Both the position numbers and the translations under genes were made by a program. 64,000 nucleotides of DNA from Escherichia coli (GTDB lineage: Bacteria > Pseudomonadota > Gammaproteobacteria > Enterobacterales > Enterobacteriaceae), in assembly GCF_044324875.1 (NCBI RefSeq), contig NZ_CP172185.1. One strand, 5' to 3'. Below are positions 43,745 to 53,953 of this stretch, piece by piece (position 1 is the first letter of the stretch; each line of letters opens with the position of its first letter). The notes under the pieces were generated by a model. It made no database searches, had not been told where the DNA came from, and saw only the letters and a program-made list of their open reading frames with translations.

Positions 43745-46150
43745 ATGTCCTTAAAAGGTCTTCACTTTACGCTGGAGGTTGACGGCCAGGAGCCGGACAC
43801 CTTTGCAGTGGTGCATTTCAGGTTAATCCAGAACCAGTCTTATCCGTTTGTGATGAGTGTGGATGTTGCCAGCGACTCTTTTATGCAGACGGCGGAGATG
43901 CTGCTGGAGAAGAAGGCGACGCTGACCATCTGGCAGGGCGTCATCCCGCTGCGTTATGTCACCGGCGTGGTGGCGGGTTTTGGCATGCAGGAGAACAATG
44001 GCTGGCAGATGCGTTACCACCTGCGTATCCAGCCGCCGTTATGGCGGTGCGGGCTGCGGCAGAACTTCCGTATCTTCCAGCAGCAGGATATCCGGACGAT
44101 ATCGGCCACGTTACTGAACGAGAACGGCGTCACGGAGTGGACGCCGCTGTTTTATGAGGACCATCCGGCGCGGGAGTTCTGTGTCCAGTACGGGGAGTCG
44201 GACCTGGCGTTTCTGTCCCGGCTGTGGGCGGAGGAGGGTCTTTTCTTCTTTGAGCGGTTTGCGGCGGACAGTCCGGAGCAGAAGCTGACGCTGTGCGACG
44301 ATGTGGCGGGGCTGTCACAGGCGGGGGAGTTTCCGTTTAACCCGGACACATCGGCAGGTGCGGAGACGGAGTGTGTCAGTATGTTCCGTTATGAGGCGCA
44401 TGTCCGCCCGTCATCGGTGCAGAGCCAGGATTACACCTTTAAGGTGCCGGACTGGCCGGGGATGTATGAGCAGCAGGGTGAGAACCTGAACGGACAGCTG
44501 GAGCAGTATGAGATATTTGATTATCCGGGAAGGTACAAGGATGAACAGCACGGCAAGGATTTCACGCTGTACCAGATGGAGAGCCTGCGCAGTGATGCGG
44601 AAAAGGCCACAGGGCAGAGTAATTCGCCGAAGCTGTGGCCGGGAACGCGGTTTATGCTGACGGGGCATCCGCAGAAGATGCTGAACCGTGAATGGCAGGT
44701 GGTACAGAGCATACTGTCAGGAAACCAGCCGCAGGCGCTGCACGGCAGCCAGGGAAAGGGAACCACGCTGGGCAATCAGTTAGAGGTGATACCGGCGGAC
44801 CGGACGTGGCGTCCACGGCTGCAAAACAAACCGAAGGTGGACGGGCCACAGAGCGCCATCGTCACCGGTCCTGCGGGAGAGGAAATCTTCTGCGATGAAC
44901 ATGGACGGGTACGGGTGAAGTTCCACTGGGACCGTTATCACGGGATGACGGAGGCGAGTTCATGCTGGGTGCGGGTATCGCAGGCGTGGGCGGGGCCGGG
45001 GTTCGGTAACCTGGCGATACCACGGGTGGGTCAGGAGGTGATAGTGGACTTCCTGAACGGCGACCCGGACCAGCCGATAATCATGGGGCGGACGTACCAT
45101 GAGGACAACCGTTCGCCGGGCGACCTGCCGGGAACGAAGACGCAGATGACCATCCGGTCAAAAACCTATAAAGGAAGCGGATTTAACGAGCTGCGGTTTG
45201 AAGACGCCACCAGTAATGAGCAGGTGTATATCCATGCCCAGAAGAACATGGATACGGAGGTGCTCAACGACCGGACAACGGATGTGAAACATGACCATAC
45301 GGAAACCATCGGGAACGACCAGAAGATAACGGTGGTGAAGGGGCAGACGGTTCAGGTCGGGACCAGAAAAGAAGGGGGCCACGACCAGAGTATCACGGTG
45401 GCGAACGACCGGTGCATCACGGTACGTAATGACCAGACGCTGCAGGTGACGAATGACCGGACGGTGAGCGTGAGTAATGATGACGGCCTGTACGTCAGAA
45501 ATGACCGTAAAGTGACGGTGGAAGGGAAGCAGGAGCATAAGACGACGGGGAACCATATCAGTCTGGTGGAGGGAAAGCACAGCCTGGTGGTGAAGGGGAA
45601 CCTGGCGAGGAAGGTGAGTGGCGCGCTGGGGATAAAGGTGGACGGGGATATCGTGCTGGAGAGCAGCAGCCGGATAAGCCTGAAGGTGAGTGGCTCGTTT
45701 GTGGTCATCCATTCAGGGGGCGTGGACATCGTCGGGCCGAAAATCAATCTCAATAGCGGCGGTAGTCCGGGGACGCCGGTGCCGGCGCTGCAACCGGCGG
45801 TGCTGAAGACACTGGGGGATGAGAAGAGTGGTGATGGCAGTGATTCCGGAGAAGAAAATGAAGACTCTGGAGGGAACTGCGTGACCGGAAGTGGTGGTGA
45901 TGATCGAGGTGACGATGAGGATGAACCTGAAAAATATACTCTCCAGTTCCATTTTACAGACGATGACGGGATACCGTATTCAGAAACCCGCTACATTGCC
46001 TTCTTTGAGGATGGCACGCAGACCCGCGGAGAAACGGATGAAGAGGGGTATACAGAGCGTTTTTTTGTATCTAGCAAACATGAAATTAAAGTGAAGTTGT
46101 TATTTGCGAATGATGATTTTCTCTCAATGGAAGGACACTATGGACGATAA
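43745..46150 (+). CDS. vgrG: type VI secretion spike protein VgrG with acidic C-terminal extension
   Basis: 801-aa ORF; gp27/gp5-like N-terminal region, repeat-rich beta-helix, then Asp/Glu-rich tail. Confidence 0.9.
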   Translation: MSLKGLHFTLEVDGQEPDTFAVVHFRLIQNQSYPFVMSVDVASDSFMQTAEMLLEKKATLTIWQGVIPLRYVTGVVAGFGMQENNGWQMRYHLRIQPPLWRCGLRQNFRIFQQQDIRTISATLLNENGVTEWTPLFYEDHPAREFCVQYGESDLAFLSRLWAEEGLFFFERFAADSPEQKLTLCDDVAGLSQAGEFPFNPDTSAGAETECVSMFRYEAHVRPSSVQSQDYTFKVPDWPGMYEQQGENLNGQLEQYEIFDYPGRYKDEQHGKDFTLYQMESLRSDAEKATGQSNSPKLWPGTRFMLTGHPQKMLNREWQVVQSILSGNQPQALHGSQGKGTTLGNQLEVIPADRTWRPRLQNKPKVDGPQSAIVTGPAGEEIFCDEHGRVRVKFHWDRYHGMTEASSCWVRVSQAWAGPGFGNLAIPRVGQEVIVDFLNGDPDQPIIMGRTYHEDNRSPGDLPGTKTQMTIRSKTYKGSGFNELRFEDATSNEQVYIHAQKNMDTEVLNDRTTDVKHDHTETIGNDQKITVVKGQTVQVGTRKEGGHDQSITVANDRCITVRNDQTLQVTNDRTVSVSNDDGLYVRNDRKVTVEGKQEHKTTGNHISLVEGKHSLVVKGNLARKVSGALGIKVDGDIVLESSSRISLKVSGSFVVIHSGGVDIVGPKINLNSGGSPGTPVPALQPAVLKTLGDEKSGDGSDSGEENEDSGGNCVTGSGGDDRGDDEDEPEKYTLQFHFTDDDGIPYSETRYIAFFEDGTQTRGETDEEGYTERFFVSSKHEIKVKLLFANDDFLSMEGHYGR

Positions 46151-46523
46151 TAATCAAACTTCTGGACAACCAAAGCCAGAGCCAGAAGAATGTGTGAAAG
46201 AGCAAAAAATAACTGATCATTTTAAAATAATGATTGATAAGGCTCGTAAGGCACAAAAGTTGGTTTTGATAAAAAGAGCAGATGATCTTTTGAGATGGGG
46301 AGCACAGGAGGAATATGATTTCAGTAAGATCTTTGGTGTTAAAGGAAATAAGGAGGTTAATATAAGAAAATATGGACATAATACAGGTAGGCGCATGAAT
46401 GCTAGATTTCTTATGATGGATGGTGTGAGAAGATTAATGATTATAGCTAATGATTTAACAATGAGCAGTTTTATAAATTATATGGATTTGCCCCTATATT
46501 TCCAGACATCTGTTATCACTTAA
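46140..46523 (+). pseudogene. AT-rich gene translationally coupled to vgrG (candidate T6SS cargo/adaptor), 3' end interrupted by IS2
   Basis: ATG at 46140 overlaps the vgrG stop; ORF runs into the IS2 terminal repeat at 46483; removing IS2 and one TSD copy restores a 137-codon ORF ending at 53243. Confidence 0.6.
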
Positions 46524-47059
46524 CCCATTACAAGCCCGCTGCCGCAGATATTCCCGTGGCGAGCGATAACCCAGCGCACTATGCGGATGCCATTCGTTAT
46601 AATGCTCGAACGCCTCTGCAAGGTTCTTTGCTGCCGTTAACCCGTCTGGTTTGGGCATGATACTGATGTAGTCACGCTTTATCGTTTTCACGAAGCTCTC
46701 TGCTATTCCGTTACTCTCCGGACTCCGCACCGCCGTGTTCTTCGGTTCAAGTCCCAACATCCGGGCGAACTGGCGTGTTTCATTAGCCCGGTAGCATGAA
46801 CCATTATCGTAACCGGCTCATTTAAACCGTCTGGTCTGTTTCCTCCGGCTCTACAAAAATAATGTCCATCATTTTTAATGGACACTATCGTATGAAACAC
46901 CGGACCTGGATCACTGAAGCTTTACGTCTTCACTTTGAAGAACATTTACCCCGGGTTGTGGCCGGGCGTCGCCTGGGTGTACCAAAATCAACAGTTTGTA
47001 GTATGTTCGTGCGCTTTCGGAGAGCTGGCCTTTCGTGGCTGCAAAATGGCATCTGAATC

Positions 47060-47160
47060 GATCGCAGTTTGGCATTCGAATCGATCATGATTTGGCATCC
47101 ATCTCCGATCACAGTTTGGCATCACAATCGATCACGATTTGGCATGCTTCCGATCATTGA
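47060..47160 (+). repeat. IS21-family subterminal multiple repeats (tttggcat motifs spaced about 20 bp apart)
   Basis: five or six copies of gatc...tttggcat upstream of istA; inverted copies (atgccaa) at the other end near 49640-49650. Confidence 0.6.
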
Positions 47161-47241
47161 TTGGCATCCTGCCAGTCACTCCGGGAATTAACTCTTTTCA
47201 CCACAGTCTCCATTGCCGTGTTTAAACCAGTGGAGACGTCA

Positions 47242-48807
47242 ATGTCCAGAAAGAGAAAATCCAGGAGCACTATGGAAACCTGTTTTAAGATCCTTCAGCT
47301 CAAGTTCGACAAGAAGCTGACTAACCGTTGTATCGGACTGACGTTACACATCAGCGCCTCAACCGTTTTTGAGGTTCTTGCCCGCTTCAAAGCCTCTTCT
47401 CTGTCATGGCCATTACCTGCTGATATATCCCATGACACGCTGGAGAAACTCATTTTTCCGCCCAAAGACACCTTTGCATCAGAGCTTGTAATGCCTGACA
47501 TGTTGTACTTCGATACGGAAATGAGAAAACCAGGTGTGACGCGGCAACTGTTGTGGATGGAATACAAGGCACAGGCGGGTAACAAAGCGATGGGATACTC
47601 GCACTTCTGCCGTTGCTACCGGGAGTGGAAAAAAACGCGACGTCTCTCCATGCGCCAGGAGCATCGTGCCGGCGAAAAGCTTTTTATCGACTTCTGTGGT
47701 CCTACGGTTCCTGTTATTAATCCGGACACCGGTGAGATACGCCGCGTGGCAATCTTCGTGGCCGTAATGGGGGCGTCCAACTATACCTACGTTGAAGCGT
47801 GCGAAGGTCAGGACATGATGTCATGGTTAAATGCCCACAGCCGTTGCCTGACCTTCCTGGGCGGCGTACCGAAGCTGCTCATCCCCGATAACCTCAGAAG
47901 CGCAGTGAAAAAGGCCGATCGATATGAGCCTGTCATCAACGACAGTTATCAGGCACTGGCTGAGCACTATGGCACGGTTATCATCCCGGCCCGACCACGC
48001 AAACCTAAAGATAAACCAAAAGCAGAAAACGGCGTCCTCATCGTTGAACGATGGCTTCTTGCCCGCATCCGTAATGAAACCTTCCACACGCTCAGGGCGC
48101 TGAATGCGCGCCTTAGGGAGTTACTGACAGACATGAATAACCGGCCAATGAAGGGGTACGGCAATCAAACCCGTGCAGAACGCTTCCGCATACTGGATGC
48201 GCCAGCACTCTCTCCGCTGCCTCTGGCACCTTATGAATACACGGAATACAAAGCTGTGAAGGTTGGCCCTGACTACCACGTTGAATATGCCCGTCACTGG
48301 TACTCCGTTCCACACGAACTGGTCGGTCAGCGTCTGTCACTGAAGGCGGGGCAGTCGGTGGTACAGCTCTGGCACAAGGGGCAGTGTGTGGCGCAACATC
48401 CGCGCAGCACACATGAATATAAACACACAACCAATCCGCTTCACATGCCAGAGCGCCACCGGCAGCACGGGACATGGACACCGGAACGCCTGATCGAGCA
48501 GGGAAAACGTACGGGCCCGTCCACAGGCCGGGTGGTTGAATCCATGCTGAAGGCAAAACCCCATCCGGAACTGGCTTATCGTGCAGTTCTGGGGCTGCTG
48601 GCACTTCAGAAAAAATACGGCCCGGAACGGCTGGAAAAGGCCTGTTACGTTGCCCTGCACTATAACGCCCCTGACAGACGCTTTATCGACAATCTGCTGC
48701 GTCACCATCGGGAGAACCTGGAGCTTCCATTATCCCGCCAGGGCGAACAACATCCGGCATATGCTTCAGAGCATGAAAACCTGCGTGGTCCGGGCTACTA
48801 CCACTGA
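47242..48807 (+). CDS. istA: IS21-family transposase IstA
   Basis: about 521 aa from MSRKRKS with N-terminal HTH and integrase-like core; ORF track begins at 47161. Confidence 0.85.
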   Translation: MSRKRKSRSTMETCFKILQLKFDKKLTNRCIGLTLHISASTVFEVLARFKASSLSWPLPADISHDTLEKLIFPPKDTFASELVMPDMLYFDTEMRKPGVTRQLLWMEYKAQAGNKAMGYSHFCRCYREWKKTRRLSMRQEHRAGEKLFIDFCGPTVPVINPDTGEIRRVAIFVAVMGASNYTYVEACEGQDMMSWLNAHSRCLTFLGGVPKLLIPDNLRSAVKKADRYEPVINDSYQALAEHYGTVIIPARPRKPKDKPKAENGVLIVERWLLARIRNETFHTLRALNARLRELLTDMNNRPMKGYGNQTRAERFRILDAPALSPLPLAPYEYTEYKAVKVGPDYHVEYARHWYSVPHELVGQRLSLKAGQSVVQLWHKGQCVAQHPRSTHEYKHTTNPLHMPERHRQHGTWTPERLIEQGKRTGPSTGRVVESMLKAKPHPELAYRAVLGLLALQKKYGPERLEKACYVALHYNAPDRRFIDNLLRHHRENLELPLSRQGEQHPAYASEHENLRGPGYYH

Positions 48808-48823
48808 CAGAAGGAACAACAGT

Positions 48824-49579
48824 ATGAGTGATAACCTGTTAAACAAACTGACCCAACTGAAACTCCCGGCGATGGCCGGGAGCCTGATACGGCAGCGGGA
48901 AACGCCTCAGACCTACGACGAACTGTCGTTCGAGGAAAGGCTGACGCTGCTGGTTGATGACGAGCTTCTGAGCAGGGAAAACAGCCGTGTGGCACGGTTG
49001 AGAAAAAATGCCGGCCTGAAATACCAGGCAACACCGGAAGGGCTGCGCTATCCGGCCTCAAGAGGTCTGCGGGCTGAACAGATGAGAGAACTGCTGAACG
49101 GCCACTACATAACCCACAGGAAAAACCTGCTGATAACCGGTCCGACAGGATGTGGCAAGAGCTGGATAGCCAATGCGCTGGGCGAACAGGCATGTCGACA
49201 GAAACACAGCGTCCGGTACTGTAGAACCGGGCGATTACTGGAACAACTGGCTCAGGGACGTGTTGATGGCAGCTGGCTGAAATATCTGAAACAGTTGCAA
49301 AAAATACAGGTTCTAATCCTGGACGATCTGGGGCTGGAACAGTTAAGTAACGCCCAGTGTAATGACCTTCTGGAGCTCATAGAGGATCGTTACGGACAAA
49401 GCAGCACGATAGTGGTAAGCCAGTTCCCGGTAGATAAATGGCATGGTCTGATGGAGAACCCAACAACAGCAGATGCCATCCTGGACAGACTGGTACATAA
49501 CTCACACCGAGTGGTCCTTCAGGGAGAGTCACTGAGGAAAAATCCCCCGGTAGTGGAAAGCAGCGAAAAAACGCGTTAA
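48824..49579 (+). CDS. istB: IS21-family ATP-binding helper IstB
   Basis: 252-aa ORF with Walker A GPTGCGKS and Walker B LILDDLG. Confidence 0.9.
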   Translation: MSDNLLNKLTQLKLPAMAGSLIRQRETPQTYDELSFEERLTLLVDDELLSRENSRVARLRKNAGLKYQATPEGLRYPASRGLRAEQMRELLNGHYITHRKNLLITGPTGCGKSWIANALGEQACRQKHSVRYCRTGRLLEQLAQGRVDGSWLKYLKQLQKIQVLILDDLGLEQLSNAQCNDLLELIEDRYGQSSTIVVSQFPVDKWHGLMENPTTADAILDRLVHNSHRVVLQGESLRKNPPVVESSEKTR

Positions 49580-50182
49580 AAAGCGGTAGAAAAAGTTAAG
49601 TTCCCGGTTGATCGAATGGATGCGAATCGCTGATCGGACTTCGATGCCAATCCGTGATCGAATAGAGCGGAATACGCAGTGGCCTTTGCCCGCAGGCATG
49701 TCGGAGCAGGAACTTGATGCCTGCCTTTACGGACAATTTTCCACGGTACCAGTCGTACGTCCTGAAAGCACCGTTATATCCGAAGCCCCCGTGGTAAAAA
49801 AACGTCCCCGGCGGCCCAACTTCCCTTATGAGTTTAAAATCGCCTTAGTGGAGCAGTCACTGCAGCCCGGAGCCTGTGTGGCGCAGATCGCCCGGGAAAA
49901 CGGAATCAACGATAACCTGCTCTTCAACTGGCGCCATCAATACCGGAAAGGTGGCCTGCTGCCTTCCGGAAAAAATATGCCGGCACTGCTTCCCGTGACG
50001 TTAACGCCGGAGCCGGATAATAAAATCCCGGCCCCCGCACAGGAACCAGAGCAGATAAATACACCGTCCGACAGTCTGTGTTGTGAGCTGGTTCTGCCGG
50101 CCGGAACTCTCAGGCTTAAAGGTAAACTGACGCCGGCGTTATTACAGACACTTATCCGCGAAATAAAAGGGAGCAGCCACTG

Positions 50183-50530
50183 ATGATATCTCTCCCTGCA
50201 GGTTCGCGTATCTGGCTGGTTGCAGGTATCACCGATATGCGAAATGGCTTTAACGGCCTGGCATCAAAAGTTCAGAACGTCCTGAAGGATGACCCGTTCT
50301 CCGGACACCTGTTCATCTTCCGCGGACGCCGGGGTGACCAGATAAAAGTGTTGTGGGCTGACAGTGACGGACTGTGCCTCTTCACCAAACGCCTGGAGCG
50401 GGGCCGCTTCGTCTGGCCAGTCACCCGTGACGGCAAGGTGCACCTTACTCCGGCTCAGTTATCCATGCTTCTTGAAGGTATCAACTGGAAGCACCCGAAA
50501 CGAACGGAACGCGCTGGAATCCGCATATAA
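50183..50530 (+). CDS. IS66-family TnpB (orf2)
   Basis: 115-aa ORF recognised as IS66 family Orf2. Confidence 0.85.
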   Translation: MISLPAGSRIWLVAGITDMRNGFNGLASKVQNVLKDDPFSGHLFIFRGRRGDQIKVLWADSDGLCLFTKRLERGRFVWPVTRDGKVHLTPAQLSMLLEGINWKHPKRTERAGIRI

Positions 50531-50549
50531 CCCGTTGTAAAGTGAGGAT

Positions 50550-52121
50550 ATGGACACCTCACTTGCTCATGAGAACGCCCGCCTGCGGGCACTGTTGCAG
50601 ACGCAACAGGACACCATCCGCCAGATGGCTGAATACAACCGCCTGCTCTCACAGCGGGTGGCGGCTTATGCTTCCGAAATCAACCGGCTGAAGGCGCTGG
50701 TTGCGAAACTGCAACGTATGCAGTTCGGTAAAAGCTCAGAAAAACTTCGTGCAAAAACCGAACGGCAGATACAGGAAGCACAGGAGCGAATCAGCGCACT
50801 TCAGGAAGAAATGGCGGAAACGCTGGGTGAGCAATATGACCCGGTACTGCCATCCGCCCTGCGCCAGTCTTCAGCCCGTAAACCGTTACCGGCCTCACTT
50901 CCCCGTGAAACCCGGGTTATCCGGCCGGAAGAGGAATGCTGTCCTGCCTGTGGTGGTGAACTCAGTTCTCTGGGATGTGATGTGTCAGAGCAACTGGAGC
51001 TTATCAGCAGCGCCTTTAAGGTTATCGAAACACAACGTCCGAAACAGGCCTGTTGCCGGTGCGACCATATCGTGCAGGCACCAGTACCTTCAAAACCCAT
51101 TGCACGCAGTTATGCCGGAGCGGGGCTTCTGGCCCATGTTGTCACCGGGAAATATGCAGACCATCTGCCGTTATACCGCCAGTCAGAAATATACCGTCGT
51201 CAGGGAGTGGAGCTGAGCCGTGCCACACTGGGGCGCTGGACAGGTGCTGTTGCTGAACTGCTGGAGCCGCTGTATGACGTCCTGCGCCAGTATGTGCTGA
51301 TGCCCGGTAAAGTCCATGCTGATGATATCCCCGTCCCGGTCCAGGAGCCGGGCAGCGGTAAAACCCGGACAGCCCGGCTGTGGGTCTACGTCCGTGATGA
51401 CCGTAACGCCGGTTCACAGATGCCCCCGGCGGTCTGGTTCGCGTACAGTCCGGACCGGAAAGGTATCCATCCACAAAATCACCTGGCCGGTTACAGCGGT
51501 GTGCTTCAGGCCGATGCTTACGGTGGTTACCGGGCGTTATACGAATCCGGCAGAATAACGGAAGCCGCGTGTATGGCTCATGCCCGGAGAAAAATCCACG
51601 ATGTGCATGCAAGAGCGCCCACCTACATCACCACGGAAGCCCTGCAGCGTATCGGTGAACTGTATGCCATCGAGGCAGAGGTCCGGGGCTGTTCAGCAGA
51701 ACAGCGTCTGGCGGCAAGAAAAGCCAGAGCCGCGCCACTGATGCAGTCACTGTATGACTGGATACAGCAACAGATGAAAACACTGTCGCGTCACTCAGAT
51801 ACGGCAAAAGCGTTCGCATACCTGCTGAAACAGTGGGATGCACTGAACGTGTACTGCAGTAATGGCTGGGTGGAAATCGACAACAACATCGCAGAGAACG
51901 CCTTACGGGGAGTGGCCGTAGGCCGGAAAAACTGGATGTTCGCGGGTTCCGACAGCGGTGGTGAACATGCGGCGGTGTTGTACTCGCTGATCGGCACATG
52001 CCGTCTGAACAATGTGGAGCCAGAAAAGTGGCTGCGTTACGTCATTGAACATATCCAGGACTGGCCGGCAAACCGGGTACGCGATCTGTTGCCCTGGAAA
52101 GTTGATCTGAGCTCTCAGTAA
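50550..52121 (+). CDS. IS66-family transposase TnpC (orf3)
   Basis: 523-aa ORF with leucine-zipper N-terminus, CxxC zinc motif and IS66 DDE core. Confidence 0.85.
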   Translation: MDTSLAHENARLRALLQTQQDTIRQMAEYNRLLSQRVAAYASEINRLKALVAKLQRMQFGKSSEKLRAKTERQIQEAQERISALQEEMAETLGEQYDPVLPSALRQSSARKPLPASLPRETRVIRPEEECCPACGGELSSLGCDVSEQLELISSAFKVIETQRPKQACCRCDHIVQAPVPSKPIARSYAGAGLLAHVVTGKYADHLPLYRQSEIYRRQGVELSRATLGRWTGAVAELLEPLYDVLRQYVLMPGKVHADDIPVPVQEPGSGKTRTARLWVYVRDDRNAGSQMPPAVWFAYSPDRKGIHPQNHLAGYSGVLQADAYGGYRALYESGRITEAACMAHARRKIHDVHARAPTYITTEALQRIGELYAIEAEVRGCSAEQRLAARKARAAPLMQSLYDWIQQQMKTLSRHSDTAKAFAYLLKQWDALNVYCSNGWVEIDNNIAENALRGVAVGRKNWMFAGSDSGGEHAAVLYSLIGTCRLNNVEPEKWLRYVIEHIQDWPANRVRDLLPWKVDLSSQ

Positions 52122-52151
52122 ATATCAATACGGTTCTGACGAGTCGCTTAC

Positions 52152-52750
52152 CCATTATCCGTCAGCCACTCCACTGGAGACGACGGAAGATCGTTGCCGA
52201 AGCGGCGTTCCACCGCTCCCAGCATGACGTCCTGTACTGTTTCACTGTTGAAGCCGCCGGTAGTGACCGCCCAGTGCAGTGCCTCACGATCACAGCAGTC
52301 CAGCGCGAACGTGACACGCAGTCTCTCTCCGTTATCACAGCAGAACTCGAACCCGTCAGAGCACCATCGCTGATTGCTTTCTTTCACGGCCACTCTGCCT
52401 GTATGTGCCCGTTTCGATGGCGGTACAGCAGGTTTTCGCTCAAGCAACAGCGCATTCTGGCGCATGATCCGGTAAACACGTTTGGCATTGATCGCAGGCA
52501 TACCATCAAGTTCTGCCTGTCTGCGAAGCAGCGCCCATACCCGACGATAACCATACGTTGGCAGCTCTCCGATAACATGGTGTATACGGAGAAGCACATC
52601 CGTATCATCAGTGTGACGACTGCGGCGGCCATCCATCCAGTCATCGGTTCGTCTGAGAATGACGTGCAACTGCGCACGCGACACCCGGAGACAACGGCTG
52701 ACTAAGCTTACTCCCCATCCCCGGGCAATAAGGGCGCGTGCGCTATCCAC
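52152..52750 (-). pseudogene. insD: IS2 insD, N-terminal two-thirds, truncated by the IS66-family insertion (C-terminal part at 46494-46808)
   Basis: translation recognised as IS2 InsD up to ...VEWLTDNG, where the IS66-family end begins. Confidence 0.85.
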
Positions 52751-53073
52751 TTTTTTGCCCGTCCATATTCAACGGCTTCTTTGAGGAGTTCATTTTCCAT
52801 CGTTTTCTTGCCGAGCAGGCGCTGGAGTTCTTTAATCTGCTTCATGGCGGCAGCAAGTTCAGAGGCAGGAACAACCTGTTCTCCGGCGGCGACAGCAGTA
52901 AGACTTCCTTCCTGGTATTGCTTACGCCAGAGAAATAACTGGCTGGCTGCTACACCATGTTGCCGGGCAACGAGGGAGACCGTCATCCCCGGTTCAAAGC
53001 TCTGCTGAACAATTGCGATCTTTTCCTGTGTGGTACGCCGTCTGCGTTTCTCCGGCCCTAAGACATCAATCAT
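52708..53073 (-). CDS. insC: IS2 InsC (orfA)
   Basis: 121-aa ORF from [18 protein letters not shown] recognised as IS2 InsC. Confidence 0.9.
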
Positions 53074-53310
53074 CTGTTCTCCAATGACTAGTCTAAAAAC
53101 TAGTATTAAGACTATCACTTATTTAAGTGATACTGGTTGTCTGGAGATTCAGGGGGCCAGTCTATTATACAGGTTGTAATGAATTTGCAGCATTCGTCAG
53201 CCCAAGTAAGGATATGCCCTATATAATTAACATAGGAATTTGAGTATAGAGATGGCAAAAAAAATCCAGTAACGGGAAAGGATTCTCATGTTGCTACTTT
53301 ATGTCATGAA

Positions 53311-53613
53311 ATGTCTCATATTCAGTGGTATTATGGGGATAATAAAAAAGGTGGTATGTGGTCACAGGATTATACAACTACTGATAAATATTCAACGTGC
53401 AAAGAGGATGAAGTTTCATATGACGAACATATCCGTATTGCAACTAAACTGATCTCTAAACAAAAAGATCAAATATTCGAGAATGCATATAACATAGAAA
53501 GATATTTTGAAATAAGATTAATTGAAAGTGAGATAGACTCGATTAATGATGAAATATTAAGCAATTCAGTTAAGAAAAAAATAGCGGAATTAGAAAAAGC
53601 ACTTCTCCATTAA
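53311..53613 (+). CDS. hypothetical protein (100 aa), AT-rich
   Basis: ORF in the AT-rich segment between IS2 and the H-repeat fragment. Confidence 0.3.
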   Translation: MSHIQWYYGDNKKGGMWSQDYTTTDKYSTCKEDEVSYDEHIRIATKLISKQKDQIFENAYNIERYFEIRLIESEIDSINDEILSNSVKKKIAELEKALLH

Positions 53614-53636
53614 CTAATAAGTCGAGAAATATATTA

Positions 53637-53900
53637 ATGCTGCAAGCTATAAAAAAAATCATAATAATGACAATCGTAAATATTATATTTTTCTATTCCT
53701 TTCAATCGACTGCGGATGAAATGGTTTTAATAAAAAAATACGGGTTTGGGCTTGAGAGAGATATCAAAGGAAGGCCATTAATTTATCCTATCGAAAATTA
53801 TGATGAGTGTAAGAAAAAATGCAATCATATGAATTATATAGCGGATGTCAATGCTCAATTAGCTATGAGTAAAAAAATAACAGGATTTTTGCTAACATAA
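53637..53900 (+). CDS. hypothetical small exported protein (87 aa), AT-rich
   Basis: N-terminal hydrophobic signal-like segment ending STA, cysteines in the mature part. Confidence 0.35.
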   Translation: MLQAIKKIIIMTIVNIIFFYSFQSTADEMVLIKKYGFGLERDIKGRPLIYPIENYDECKKKCNHMNYIADVNAQLAMSKKITGFLLT

Positions 53901-53953
53901 CCTTTACTAACAATAGCTCTACCACGTATTTTTTTTCTAAATATTACCTACCT

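Larger units (their letters stand above)
47040..49678 (+). mobile_element. IS21-family element (2639 bp) inserted in the IS66-family tnpA; 5-bp target duplication gtggc at 47035-47039 and 49679-49683
   Basis: istA-istB pair, 5'-TG...CA-3' termini, multiple subterminal repeats, and in-frame reconstitution of the IS66 tnpA when the element plus one gtggc is removed. Confidence 0.8.
46862..50183 (+). pseudogene. IS66-family tnpA (orf1) split by the IS21-family insertion (N-terminal part 46862-47039, C-terminal part 49684-50183)
   Basis: the two parts join in frame across the TSD (...AGLSW|PLPAGMSEQELD...) to give one ORF. Confidence 0.7.
46809..52151 (+). mobile_element. IS66-family element (about 2.7 kb of its own sequence) inserted in IS2 insD; 8-bp target duplication ccattatc at 46801-46808 and 52152-52159
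   Basis: imperfect terminal inverted repeats starting GTAAcCGgCTC / GTAAgCGaCTC, tnpA-tnpB-tnpC gene order, exact 8-bp flanking direct repeat. Confidence 0.85.
46483..53164 (-). mobile_element. IS2 (1331 bp of IS2 sequence in two parts, 46483-46808 and 52152-53164), split by a nested insertion; 5-bp target duplication ttata at 46478-46482 and 53165-53169
   Basis: both IS2 terminal repeats recognised (tggatttgcccctatatttccagacatctgttatcactta at 46483; tagactggccccctgaatctccagacaacc in reverse at 53164); insC intact, insD split. Confidence 0.9.

Noticed and set aside
46862-47056. 64-codon ORF first taken for a separate IS21 IstA N-terminal fragment
   Set aside because: Once the IS21-family ends and TSD were placed, it reads in frame with the downstream IS66-family tnpA after excision, so it is the N-terminal part of the interrupted tnpA.
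47060-47160. Short regularly spaced direct repeats (tttggcat about every 20 bp), considered as a possible CRISPR-like or tandem-repeat array
   Set aside because: Spacing and length are wrong for CRISPR, and inverted copies sit at the other end of the same element; these are the subterminal transposase-binding repeats of an IS21-family element.
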